From assembly GCA_016182095.1 (NCBI GenBank), contig JACOXY010000014.1, positions 7,234-71,233 of the forward strand: 64,000 nt of DNA, given 5' to 3'. The notes under the pieces are model-generated. The model saw only the letters and a list, made by a program, of their open reading frames with translations. It was not told the origin of the DNA and searched no databases. Shown one piece after another: positions 18,784 to 27,276 of the stretch. Source of the DNA: Candidatus Liptonbacteria bacterium (GTDB lineage Bacteria > Patescibacteriota > Minisyncoccia > UBA6257 > JACOXY01). The position numbers and the translations under genes were made by a program. Each line of letters begins with the position of its first letter. Positions within the stretch are counted from its first letter, which is position 1.

Positions 18784-19139
18784 ATCTTAATTAAACCATT
18801 AACAACGGCTGCAACTTTACTTCTCGCCTCCTCGCTCTCAATTTTTCTGGAACGGTTGCCGTGCGCTGGTTTTATGTTGACCATAGAATCAAATTCTAGC
18901 CATTCTTCCGTCGGTTTCCCTGGATAGATATTCAAACCCCAGGTATCCTTACGCTTGGATCCTTCACGCTCCATAAGCAAAGACTCTGCTTCCGCGTGTA
19001 GCTCCGCGCCGATTGCCATGATTTTCTGCTCTACATCAACTACAATCTTTGCCATATCGCCAAATGTAGACTCCGCGAAACGCAGTAGCTCATCTTTCCC
19101 AATGGGTTCTTTTATGATTTTAATGTCTGGGCTGTACAT
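18780..19139 (-). CDS. hypothetical protein (119 aa)
   Basis: clean ORF translationally coupled to 18451-18783. Confidence 0.45.
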   Translation of the reverse strand: MYSPDIKIIKEPIGKDELLRFAESTFGDMAKIVVDVEQKIMAIGAELHAEAESLLMEREGSKRKDTWGLNIYPGKPTEEWLEFDSMVNIKPAHGNRSRKIESEEARSKVAAVVNGLIKI

Positions 19140-19173
19140 AAATTATTTTAACACGAAACTCCTCTTAGACTGA

Positions 19174-19335
19174 CCGTTTTCTTGCGGTGAGGGTTGGCGG
19201 AACTTTGAACCGATAGTATCCTGCAAAACCGTTAATTTCGCTCGTATAGATAAAATTATGCGTGAATTACGTATAATTTACAAGGAGAATCCGGTCTATT
19301 TTGATGTTCCGGCTTTTGTACAGAAGATCTACTAA
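19174..19335 (+). pseudogene. gene fragment A (C-terminal about 53 codons, ...NFEP...DKIMRELRIIYKENPVYFDVPAFVQKIY*), paralogous to fragment B
   Basis: in-frame stop directly upstream, no start codon; about 60% nucleotide identity with 20573-20740 and a conserved peptide pattern. Confidence 0.4.
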
Positions 19336-19458
19336 ATGATGCTACTTTTCTTTGGCGGCAAATTCTCGCTCTTTGAATTTAGAAAAAGAAAAGACGCCGC
19401 GCACTCTTCACAAATTTCGTGAAGTGGGTGCGCGGCGCGGTGATGACAATCTGTCTTC

Positions 19459-20328
19459 CTACACCGATTCGTAAGTATACGACAGATTGTGTTGCTGTAG
19501 GGTGTGAAGTACCGCCTCGATGGCAACCCCTTCTCGGTGTTCGTGGTCGAAACCGAATGACCAACGGATAGCCAACGAGACGAACTGGACGGCGCGGTCG
19601 AGAGCAGTGGGGAAACTTTCTCCCCTCATCATGCTCCCGAGAAAAACGCTGGTGAACGTATCTCCCGTGCCAGGGTACGATACGGGCACCTTCTCGTTCT
19701 TCACTCGCCAGAAGCGATTGCTCTGTGCGTCGAGACCGATGACCGAGGATTGTCCGGTTTCTCGGACTGGAACGCTCGTCACCACGATGTAGTTCGGACC
19801 CTTGGTCGAGAGTTCCCTCATCCATCGCTTGATCTCGTCGAGACTGACTTCCTCGCGGTAGGCTTCACCGACGAGAAGCGCTAGTTCCGTCAGGTTCGGA
19901 GTGACCACGTTTGCTTTCGCCACGAGCCTCCCCATTCCTTCGACCATCTCCGGCCCCATGGTCTGGTAGAGCTGGCCATCATCTGCGAGCACCGGATCCA
20001 CGACGACAAGCTGCCCCTCGCCACGGAAGTCGTCGATGAATCTAGAGACGATATCGACCTGTCGGGGTGAGCCGAGAAAGCCACTGTAGATCGCCTCGAA
20101 TCTTGCCCCGACTGTTTTCCAGTGTGCGACAATTCTTTCCATCTCATCAGTCAGATCCAGAAAACTGAATCCTATGAATCCGCCCGTGTGAGTGGAAAGA
20201 ATCGCAGTTGGTAAAGGACAGACCTGGATCCCCATTGAGGAAAGCGTCGGGATCACGATCGTGAGCGACGCCTTTCCGAATCCGGAGAGATCGTGGATTG
20301 CTGCCACTCTTCGAATCATGTTCTGCAT
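19459..20328 (-). CDS. pyridoxal/pyridoxine/pyridoxamine kinase (PdxK/PdxY, ribokinase superfamily), horizontally acquired
   Basis: IHDLSGFGKASL, DPVLADDG, VVTPNLTELALL and GTGDTF motifs; GC content much higher than the flanks. Confidence 0.8.
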   Translation of the reverse strand: MQNMIRRVAAIHDLSGFGKASLTIVIPTLSSMGIQVCPLPTAILSTHTGGFIGFSFLDLTDEMERIVAHWKTVGARFEAIYSGFLGSPRQVDIVSRFIDDFRGEGQLVVVDPVLADDGQLYQTMGPEMVEGMGRLVAKANVVTPNLTELALLVGEAYREEVSLDEIKRWMRELSTKGPNYIVVTSVPVRETGQSSVIGLDAQSNRFWRVKNEKVPVSYPGTGDTFTSVFLGSMMRGESFPTALDRAVQFVSLAIRWSFGFDHEHREGVAIEAVLHTLQQHNLSYTYESV

Positions 20329-20572
20329 CGTTTCCTCCCTTCTTTTTTGTACAAAAGCTATATACTACGCTAACAAAATTCTGGGAAATTATCAATAGCA
20401 TAACAAACAAAAAAACAGCGTTACTTAGCTGCTTCAAAAAAATTGATGAAAAAATTTCTTTTGCCATTCATTGACAAATCCTTTTCCTTTTCGCCAAAAA
20501 TCCCATACAAATTAGCCGCCGAGCGAGCTACTCCGTGCGTCCGCACGGACGCTCTAGGAAGCGAGGCGGGCA

Positions 20573-20740
20573 ACACGCATTTGCAATTTCCTTTCTGGCG
20601 GTGACGATGTCCACAACTTTGAACCGAAAATGTGGCTCAAATTCAGAAGCGTTGATAAGATTGTACGGGATTTAAGGCGAATCTACAAAGAAAATCCTGG
20701 CTTATTTGATATTCCTACTTTTGCTGAAAAACAATATTAG
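20573..20740 (+). pseudogene. gene fragment B (...CNFLSGGDDVHNFEPKMWLKFRSVDKIVRDLRRIYKENPGLFDIPTFAEKQY*), paralogous to fragment A
   Basis: the same conserved peptide pattern as fragment A, on the far side of the pdxK island; no start codon. Confidence 0.4.
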
Positions 20741-20894
20741 CCACTCGTCCTACTTCTTTGTCGGAGAGCTTTGAACCCTCAAGACGCGTAGATGCTCCGG
20801 CAGAAGCTATGAGAGTAGCGCGTCGAAGTTCGGCCAGACGTTCTGTCGAAATACCAGAATGCTTTTTATTATGCTTAATTTTGTTCATGTCCAT
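20715..20894 (-). pseudogene. 59-codon N-terminal fragment resembling Fic-family proteins (STRLEGSKLSDKEV); truncated
   Basis: short ORF overlapping the Nudix 3' end and convergent with fragment B; too short to be a functional Fic protein. Confidence 0.3.
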
Positions 20895-21402
20895 AAAAGA
20901 TTCTGACTAGAATTGGTAAATCTCCTTTCGTTTTCTCCCCTTGAGCGATCTTTTCAAATAAGGCTTTAGGTGAGAGCCAGAAATATTCGGTAAAGTCGTC
21001 TTTGTTGTAATCAGGTGCTTCGTCCATTTTTATCTCGTAGACCTTCATAAAGGCGGAGACGCCATCTTTTTGAGGAGTCAGATGGCCGAGTAAACGCACT
21101 TGGGCTTTATCAGTATCAATGTTTAGTTCCTCTTGTGTTTCTCGTTTAAGAGTCTGCTCGTAAGTTTCGCCATTTTCCACATGGCCACCCATACTCATAT
21201 CCAAACAAAGCGGAAAAATTCTTTTATTTGCTGCTCGCCTTGGTATCCAAATTTCACCCTTAGAATTTACGACAAACGCATTCACTACCCGAAAATTGGA
21301 AAGATGTTCAGCATATACTTCTGACCGTTTTTTCTTGCCAATGACCTGATCGTTCTCATCAACCAAGTCGAGATACTCGTCTGTTGTTGGGGTTGTGTTC
21401 AT
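20875..21402 (-). CDS. NUDIX hydrolase
   Basis: Nudix box GGHVENGETYEQTLKRETQEELNI. Confidence 0.8.
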   Translation of the reverse strand: MNTTPTTDEYLDLVDENDQVIGKKKRSEVYAEHLSNFRVVNAFVVNSKGEIWIPRRAANKRIFPLCLDMSMGGHVENGETYEQTLKRETQEELNIDTDKAQVRLLGHLTPQKDGVSAFMKVYEIKMDEAPDYNKDDFTEYFWLSPKALFEKIAQGEKTKGDLPILVRIFYGHEQN

Positions 21403-21672
21403 AAAGTTCGAATCCCTTCAGGGTTCTTACATTTTATCACTTTTTGGTTTTAAAATGTACTGCAAAATAAGAGAATTTTTACTGCTACTTTTCAAAACTA
21501 CTGGCGGCCCGAGCCAGAGATTATTATAACCGTATTTTCGGATAGAGAATATATGACGAATCTCTATTCTAAGTTTTGTATTTTAACAGGACTAATCAGG
21601 CAAGAAGCTCTAAGAGCACTTATCTAAATAATATACTGCTCCTATAAATCCTCAAAAGGGCGGAGATAGAAA

Positions 21673-22119
21673 TTAGCGAACTATATTTTGGTAATAATTG
21701 TTTTCTGTGGCGTCTTGCTCTTGGATTTGGCCCTCATATTCTCCATTACAGTAAGGACTACTTGCCCACTCTGATAAACGGCAATCAATTTTAGTTGTAT
21801 TTTTAGAGCCATAATTACCTTGATTTTCCAGTAAACCACCGAAGAATATCCATAATACAAACAGTCCCAACAAAATTCCAAAAGCTAATTTCACCCACTC
21901 TTTTGTCTCTGTTAGATTCTCTTTCGTTTGATTTGAACCTCCTTTCATGTTTTCTAAAGTATTTTTTAGAGCCAATTTTATCAATTCCTTTTCTTCTGTG
22001 CTGACTTCATTATTTCTAACTCTCTTTTCTTGTTCCATGCACTCCCTACAATTCACAGAAAAGCCAAGATATTGATTGGTTCCACATTTGGGGCATTTTT
22101 TCTCCGGAATTTCTTTCAT
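21673..22119 (-). CDS. hypothetical zinc-ribbon (CPKCG...CREC) membrane-anchored protein
   Basis: CxxC...CxxC followed by a TM helix. Confidence 0.5.
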   Translation of the reverse strand: MKEIPEKKCPKCGTNQYLGFSVNCRECMEQEKRVRNNEVSTEEKELIKLALKNTLENMKGGSNQTKENLTETKEWVKLAFGILLGLFVLWIFFGGLLENQGNYGSKNTTKIDCRLSEWASSPYCNGEYEGQIQEQDATENNYYQNIVR

Positions 22120-22125
22120 GGTAGT

Positions 22126-22851
22126 TTACCTCTTATAATCTGCGTGCCAGCTGACATTTTTAATTATAACGGTTTCCAAGTCAAAATTAATTTTTGTCTC
22201 AGTGTGTTGGTCTAATCCATACGATTCATTAATACAGTTAAATTGTACTGTAGCGACCATGCCCTCATCGTCGGTCTCTTTTTCTGAGTTTTTAAAACTA
22301 TTCCACTCTCTTTTTAATTCTTCTAATGCGCTTGGATAAATACTTTCACATTTTAAATCAGGATTTACAGAATCGGCAACGAGTATTGGCTTTTCAATTT
22401 TCTTGTTATTGATTGTTGTTATTGCTGGTCTAAACGCTATTCCCTTTCCAATATTTTTTAATTTTAGTTCTTTTTTACTCTTCTCACCCACAAAGCAAAA
22501 TATAAGATTTGGGAGGTATGAGAGACGGTTGGCCGCATGAATTTCTAAATGAACTCTTCTTATTTCACCAACGCAGAAGAATAAAACGCCAACGATTCCA
22601 AAAAATCCAGAAATTATCCAGTATTGCCATCCATGCCAAGAAAAAAGTAAAAAGTAAATAGTCGCCATGCCCGAAAGGGCACCAAGAAGATAAAATTTTC
22701 CAGATAGATCCTCTTTAAAAAGGTATGCATCAATATTCTTGTAACGGTTTAAATATTTTTTAATTTTGTGCCGCGTCAAAATTGCCAAAACAATAAGTGT
22801 TAGCAGAAGTACCCAGATTAAGAAATCTATATTTAAAATAAGCTTATTCAT
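22126..22851 (-). CDS. hypothetical integral membrane protein (241 aa)
   Basis: multiple hydrophobic helices in the N-terminal half. Confidence 0.5.
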   Translation of the reverse strand: MNKLILNIDFLIWVLLLTLIVLAILTRHKIKKYLNRYKNIDAYLFKEDLSGKFYLLGALSGMATIYFLLFSWHGWQYWIISGFFGIVGVLFFCVGEIRRVHLEIHAANRLSYLPNLIFCFVGEKSKKELKLKNIGKGIAFRPAITTINNKKIEKPILVADSVNPDLKCESIYPSALEELKREWNSFKNSEKETDDEGMVATVQFNCINESYGLDQHTETKINFDLETVIIKNVSWHADYKR

Positions 22852-22870
22852 GCAGTTGCTCTTCCATGTT

Positions 22871-23086
22871 TCAACTAAAAATCCATCCCATAAAATACGC
22901 CCAAATAATTGCGGCTACAAGCAAAACAGCCCACCTATAAATTTTGGAAAATACTGCCTTTATAAACTTTCGCACAAAAGAAATAATCCAAATTATTGGC
23001 TCTATAATAAAGCGAAAAACAATGTTTAGTATAATATCCGAGAAGTCCATTGCCATAAATTTACCCCACAAGCACAAGAGTTGCAA
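22871..23086 (-). CDS. small hypothetical membrane protein (71 aa)
   Basis: two hydrophobic helices; very AT-rich; uncertain. Confidence 0.3.
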   Translation of the reverse strand: MQLLCLWGKFMAMDFSDIILNIVFRFIIEPIIWIISFVRKFIKAVFSKIYRWAVLLVAAIIWAYFMGWIFS

Positions 23087-23101
23087 TTAGTTATCCACAG
23101 A

Positions 23102-23163
23102 CTTTCGGTTTGCTTTCGGGTCTATTTGCTATAATTATAATATACCGAAAGTAAACCGAAAAT
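23102..23163. promoter_or_regulatory. candidate operator: 17-bp inverted repeat TTTCGGTTTGCTTTCGG, 26 bp, CCGAAAGTAAACCGAAA, bracketing a TATAAT -10 box 4 nt upstream of the LexA-methyltransferase gene
   Basis: one mismatch between the arms; each arm holds two CTTTCGG/CCGAAAG heptads; TATAATTATAATATA lies in the spacer. Confidence 0.5.
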
Positions 23164-23166
23164 AGA

Positions 23167-24501
23167 ATGATTACACAAAAGAAAAAAGAAATATTAGATT
23201 TCGTAAAAAGTTATTCTAAAAAGAGAGGGTATTCTCCTACCATTCCTGAAATCGCAACAAAAATTGGACGGGCTTTTGGAACCATTCACGAACATCTTCG
23301 GGGGCTAGAGGAAGATGGCTTTATCCAACTTAACAAAAATCAACGCCGAGGAATAGCGATTCTTGAGTCAACCCCGATGATTAAAATTCCACTACTTGGC
23401 ACCATAGCCGCCGGCTCACCTTTAACACTCTTTGATGTGCCACAAGAAACAATCGCTGTTCCAAAAAGCAAGGTTCACTCATCTTCGGAAGTATATGCGC
23501 TTCGTGTTGTTGGGAACAGCATGATTGATGAAAATATAAATGATGGAGATATTGTTTTAGTGCACCACCAAAAAACTGCAGAAAACGGGCAGAAGGTTGT
23601 CGCGCTTATTGACAACCACGAAGCAACGCTAAAGAAATTCTACAAGGAGAGGGGGCAAATCCGCTTACAGCCAGCAAACAAAAATATGGAGCCGCTTATT
23701 TTTAGAAATGGCCGAGATGTTTCTATACAGGGAGTAATCATTGATGTTATAAGAGAAGAAACACCGGCATCTATTTCTTTGCCAGAAGTAAAAACAGAAA
23801 TTAAACAATATAAAAAACTGCCACTTAATCAAATTATTCACGGAGATGCCGTGGAGGGGTTAAAGAAACTACCAGACGACTCTATTGATTTAGTAGTCAC
23901 CGATCCCCCATATGGAATCAGTAGAGAGCTTAATTGCAAAGGTCAAAGATTGGGAACAACGGCAAAACTGAATTTTAATTTTGGTGAGTGGGATACCTTT
24001 AATAAAGATTGGTTTGAGATTGCGTTGAAAAAAACTAGAGGCTGGATGATGACCTTTTGTGCAAAAAAAGACGTAGGCTTTTTTATTGATGGTTTAGAAA
24101 AAAATGGATTTATTGCAATTGACGTGTTGGTTTGGCAGAAACCCGACCCCATTCCTCTAAACGCGAAATCCAGATTTCTTAATGCATGGGAGGCGGTAGT
24201 GATAGGCAAAAAGCCAGGCGCCATTTGGAATAGCAAATATGAACACAACATCATTAAAGTTCAGGCCCCCAAAGGGAAGAGCAGGATTCATCCCACACAG
24301 AAACCTGTTGAACTTATAAAAAAATTAATCAATTTAACCACCAAAGAGGGTGATGTTGTATTAGACCCGTTTATGGGTAGTGGAACAACAGCCGTAGCCT
24401 GTTTAGAAACGAAAAGAAACTACGTTGGTTTTGAAATATCAGAGGAGTATAGGAACCAATCCCTAAAAAGAATAAAAGCACTGCCAAAAGAGTTATTTTA
24501 A
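23167..24501 (+). CDS. fusion protein: complete LexA-type repressor (HTH plus S24 self-cleaving peptidase) joined to a beta-class N6-adenine/N4-cytosine DNA methyltransferase
   Basis: residues 1-198 align with LexA (cleavage site TIAAG|SP, Ser in VVGNSM, Lys in ATLKKF); residues about 205-444 carry DPPY (DLVVTDPPYGI) followed by FMGSGTTAVA. Confidence 0.8.
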   Translation: MITQKKKEILDFVKSYSKKRGYSPTIPEIATKIGRAFGTIHEHLRGLEEDGFIQLNKNQRRGIAILESTPMIKIPLLGTIAAGSPLTLFDVPQETIAVPKSKVHSSSEVYALRVVGNSMIDENINDGDIVLVHHQKTAENGQKVVALIDNHEATLKKFYKERGQIRLQPANKNMEPLIFRNGRDVSIQGVIIDVIREETPASISLPEVKTEIKQYKKLPLNQIIHGDAVEGLKKLPDDSIDLVVTDPPYGISRELNCKGQRLGTTAKLNFNFGEWDTFNKDWFEIALKKTRGWMMTFCAKKDVGFFIDGLEKNGFIAIDVLVWQKPDPIPLNAKSRFLNAWEAVVIGKKPGAIWNSKYEHNIIKVQAPKGKSRIHPTQKPVELIKKLINLTTKEGDVVLDPFMGSGTTAVACLETKRNYVGFEISEEYRNQSLKRIKALPKELF

Positions 24502-25475
24502 TTCTCTGGATACACAAGCATTGCTTTAATGCTGCGCAAATCCTTTAAATTAAGAGAGGTTTGTTTCCGACGAATCTCTTTTTTTAGCGACAAGAATCTT
24601 CTCCTTTTTTCGCGTAACTTTTTTCTGAGAAGTTTAACTACTTTCTTGGCATCAGCACTGTATATTTTTTTGACTAGGAATTCATTTTTATCAACACTGG
24701 CAAGTATTATGCTTTTATCTACAAGGTACTTATTCAAAACTTCGTTTGAAATATCTTGGAAGCTCCACGTGAATCCCTTTGCAACTTTATATTCGTACAT
24801 GTTGCCATGATTATCTTCCGCATCATGCTTCGCTTGTTCCGACTGAACTTTATGGTTTAGTTTCAGCGCTACTAAAACCTCCCAAAATTTATTACTTGTA
24901 AGAATTCCTTTTGTTCCGGTTGCTGTTTCAATTTTGCTAGCAATTTTAATAATGCGCGTAATCCAAGATAAGTAATGCCCATTATAATTTTTGATAGTTT
25001 GTCTCGTGAGATTCAGGTTATTTTCAATTTGCCTGGAGCTCACGTTGATCATTTTCCTGCTATTTCTTATTTTTTTAGTTGCTTGTGCTAGATAATCTGA
25101 CATGACTTGCCCGGGCACTTCGTAATACCAATCAAATTTCGGGAAAGAAACATTAACGTCTTGTATGTGCGCGAAAATAACAGCTTCGGCGTTACTAAGT
25201 TTAGTTATGGTGGTATTGGAAAAGTCGTTAAAAGTCCATGAATGATTAGAGCTACTCTCTTTGTAGTGCTTATATTCAAACTCACCCCCTGCTGAATTTT
25301 TGGCATCACGTGAGCCAGAGTGGCCGGGAATAAGAGTGTGGTCTAGAGCGTCTGCAATAAGCACCTCAAATATTTTACTGTTCGTAATAATATCGGTAAC
25401 ACCAAAAGTTTTATAAAAATCAAACTGGATCTGCTTTAACTGCTCAATAAAATCATTTATACTATTAGTATTCAT
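24498..25475 (-). CDS. putative single-chain restriction endonuclease with two tandem PD-(D/E)XK-like domains (internal duplication) and a basic C-terminal tail
   Basis: repeated blocks KIFEVLIADALDH...RDAKNSAGGEFEYK and KFWEVLVALKLNH...HDAEDNHGNMYEYK; start may be Met1 (25493) or Met7 (25475); wedged between two methyltransferase genes. Confidence 0.55.
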   Translation of the reverse strand: MNTNSINDFIEQLKQIQFDFYKTFGVTDIITNSKIFEVLIADALDHTLIPGHSGSRDAKNSAGGEFEYKHYKESSSNHSWTFNDFSNTTITKLSNAEAVIFAHIQDVNVSFPKFDWYYEVPGQVMSDYLAQATKKIRNSRKMINVSSRQIENNLNLTRQTIKNYNGHYLSWITRIIKIASKIETATGTKGILTSNKFWEVLVALKLNHKVQSEQAKHDAEDNHGNMYEYKVAKGFTWSFQDISNEVLNKYLVDKSIILASVDKNEFLVKKIYSADAKKVVKLLRKKLREKRRRFLSLKKEIRRKQTSLNLKDLRSIKAMLVYPEN

Positions 25476-25477
25476 CG

Positions 25478-26317
25478 ATGAAAAGAATAACACTAAAAAG
25501 AAAATTTAGCACTGCGGCAGAAAGCTCCTTGATCTTCGGGGACGCTTTAAATATTTTGCGATCTATTCCAAGTCACTCCATTGACCACTGCATAACTGAC
25601 CCCCCGTATAATATTTCCGGATACGACTATAAAAAAAAGATTGGATGGCTCCAATCAAATAGCGCCTGGGTAGAGGAGAAAAACTTTTCAAAGATTGATG
25701 CTCGGTGGGATAAGTTTTCTGATAACGATTATCTAGCTTTTACCAAAAGCTGGATCTCTGAAGTAGCCAGAGTTCTCAAGCCAAATGGGAACATTATAAT
25801 TTTTGGTTCGTATCACAATATTTATCAAATCGGCTCTATTCTACAGGATATTGATCGTAAGCTAATTAACTCTGTTGTATGGTATAAACGAAACGCATTT
25901 CCAAATGTAACACAAAGGATGCTTTGTGAGAGCACAGAGCATATAATTTGGGCTGTAAATGAAACCAAAAAAAATGCCAAGAACTGGACATTTAATTATA
26001 AAGCACTTAAAGAACTAAACGGCGGAGTACAAATGAGAAATATGTGGGATATACCATCAACTCCGGTTTCCGAAAAAAGGCACGGCAAGCATCCTTCTCA
26101 AAAACCGATTGAACTCATAAGCCGCCTTGTTCTTGGCGGGACCAACAAGAAAGATATTATCATTGATCCATTTATGGGTAGCGGCACTCTTCCGGTTGTG
26201 GCGCTAGTAAACGAAAGAGGATTTGTAGGAATTGACAACGATAAACAATACTGCAACCTGGCGCTAAAAAGAGTAGTGGATACTAGAAATCATCCAAAAC
26301 AAAACAAGGTTACTTAG
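25478..26317 (+). CDS. DNA methyltransferase (beta-class N6A/N4C)
   Basis: DHCITDPPYNI (motif IV) near the N-terminus and FMGSGTLPVVAL (motif I) near the C-terminus. Confidence 0.85.
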   Translation: MKRITLKRKFSTAAESSLIFGDALNILRSIPSHSIDHCITDPPYNISGYDYKKKIGWLQSNSAWVEEKNFSKIDARWDKFSDNDYLAFTKSWISEVARVLKPNGNIIIFGSYHNIYQIGSILQDIDRKLINSVVWYKRNAFPNVTQRMLCESTEHIIWAVNETKKNAKNWTFNYKALKELNGGVQMRNMWDIPSTPVSEKRHGKHPSQKPIELISRLVLGGTNKKDIIIDPFMGSGTLPVVALVNERGFVGIDNDKQYCNLALKRVVDTRNHPKQNKVT

Positions 26318-26635
26318 AATTTTGAGCAAAAAAGCAATAATCGGTTCGAACTCGCCGCCAAATTCATAAAATCCATAAAACAAGCCGAAATTATCGCTTT
26401 GCAAGAAAATCCCGAGCAGAGTCGGGATTTTCTAAAAAAGATTGGTTCGAACTTCCGTTTGAGCGGGCGGGAATTGTTTTGCGACTTCAAAAATCCCTTT
26501 CAAATCCTATGCGAGCGGCGCGTCTCGCGCCGCGAGCTTGCCTCTTCAAATTTGCATTTTCCCAATTGGCGTCGCGTAATAAATCAAAGATTTACACGCG
26601 ACAGCAATGTAAAATTTGCAAAGCAAATTTGTACG

Positions 26636-26726
26636 TGGCGGAGGCGGAAGGATTCGAACCTTCGATACCCTTGCGGGTATAACAGTTTTCAAGACTGTTT
26701 GTTTCAACCACTCACACACGCCTCCA
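26636..26726 (-). tRNA. tRNA-Ser (anticodon UGA), long variable arm, CCA encoded
   Basis: GGAGGCG acceptor, anticodon loop CUUGAAA, variable arm AUACCCGCAAGGGUAUC, T-loop UUCGAAU, ends CGCCUCC-G-CCA. Confidence 0.85.
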
Positions 26727-26885
26727 GAAACTACAAAGCTTTATACAGTTTTTCTACCTCATAGTCAATCTTTCCTGGATTTATTTTTTCTTTTATTATC
26801 ATGCATGTATCTTATCACTAAAATATTAAATTGGGTAACTTTCTGGGTGCGTGATTTTTTCCTATTTTTGCCGTAAGATAAGCAC

Positions 26886-27272
26886 ATGGAGATCCAAAAG
26901 AAAAAGACAAAACTAAATCGCGGTATGTTCAAGCGCGCCATTTTCATCTTTGCGGGACTTTTGCTTTCAGCCTTTATACTAAATGCGATTATGTTAACTG
27001 CTGGATATAAAACCGGCTTTTTTCATCGTTGGGCAGAAGAACAATATTTTGGGAGAGTCACAGAAATCAGCGAGAATGGTTTTCTAATTGTAGACGAAAA
27101 AAATAATGAAAAGCCGGTTTTAATTAAAAAAGACACGCGGATTAGAATGGGGAGAGAATTCGCCACCAAGGAAGACCTGCTTGTAAATAATTATGTGATT
27201 GTAGTTGGGTCGCAAAATAATCAGGGACAAGTTGAAGCTAGAGTTATCCGCATTTTTAACGATAGCCGATAA
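26886..27272 (+). CDS. hypothetical membrane-anchored protein (128 aa)
   Basis: N-terminal TM helix; clean ORF. Confidence 0.45.
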   Translation: MEIQKKKTKLNRGMFKRAIFIFAGLLLSAFILNAIMLTAGYKTGFFHRWAEEQYFGRVTEISENGFLIVDEKNNEKPVLIKKDTRIRMGREFATKEDLLVNNYVIVVGSQNNQGQVEARVIRIFNDSR

Positions 27273-27276
27273 AACA

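Noticed and set aside
23091-23099. Perfect DnaA-box-like nonamer TTATCCACA, suggesting oriC near the parAB or gyrB loci
   Set aside because: Only a single box was seen. There is no cluster of boxes and no dnaA or dnaN in the window. The AT-rich spacers near gyrB and parB are better explained by the family-2 inverted-repeat elements.
24498-25493. Second LexA-type or controller-protein operator upstream of the nuclease or second methyltransferase
   Set aside because: The nuclease and second methyltransferase start codons overlap or abut divergently, leaving no intergenic space. The CTTTCGG dyad was not seen there.
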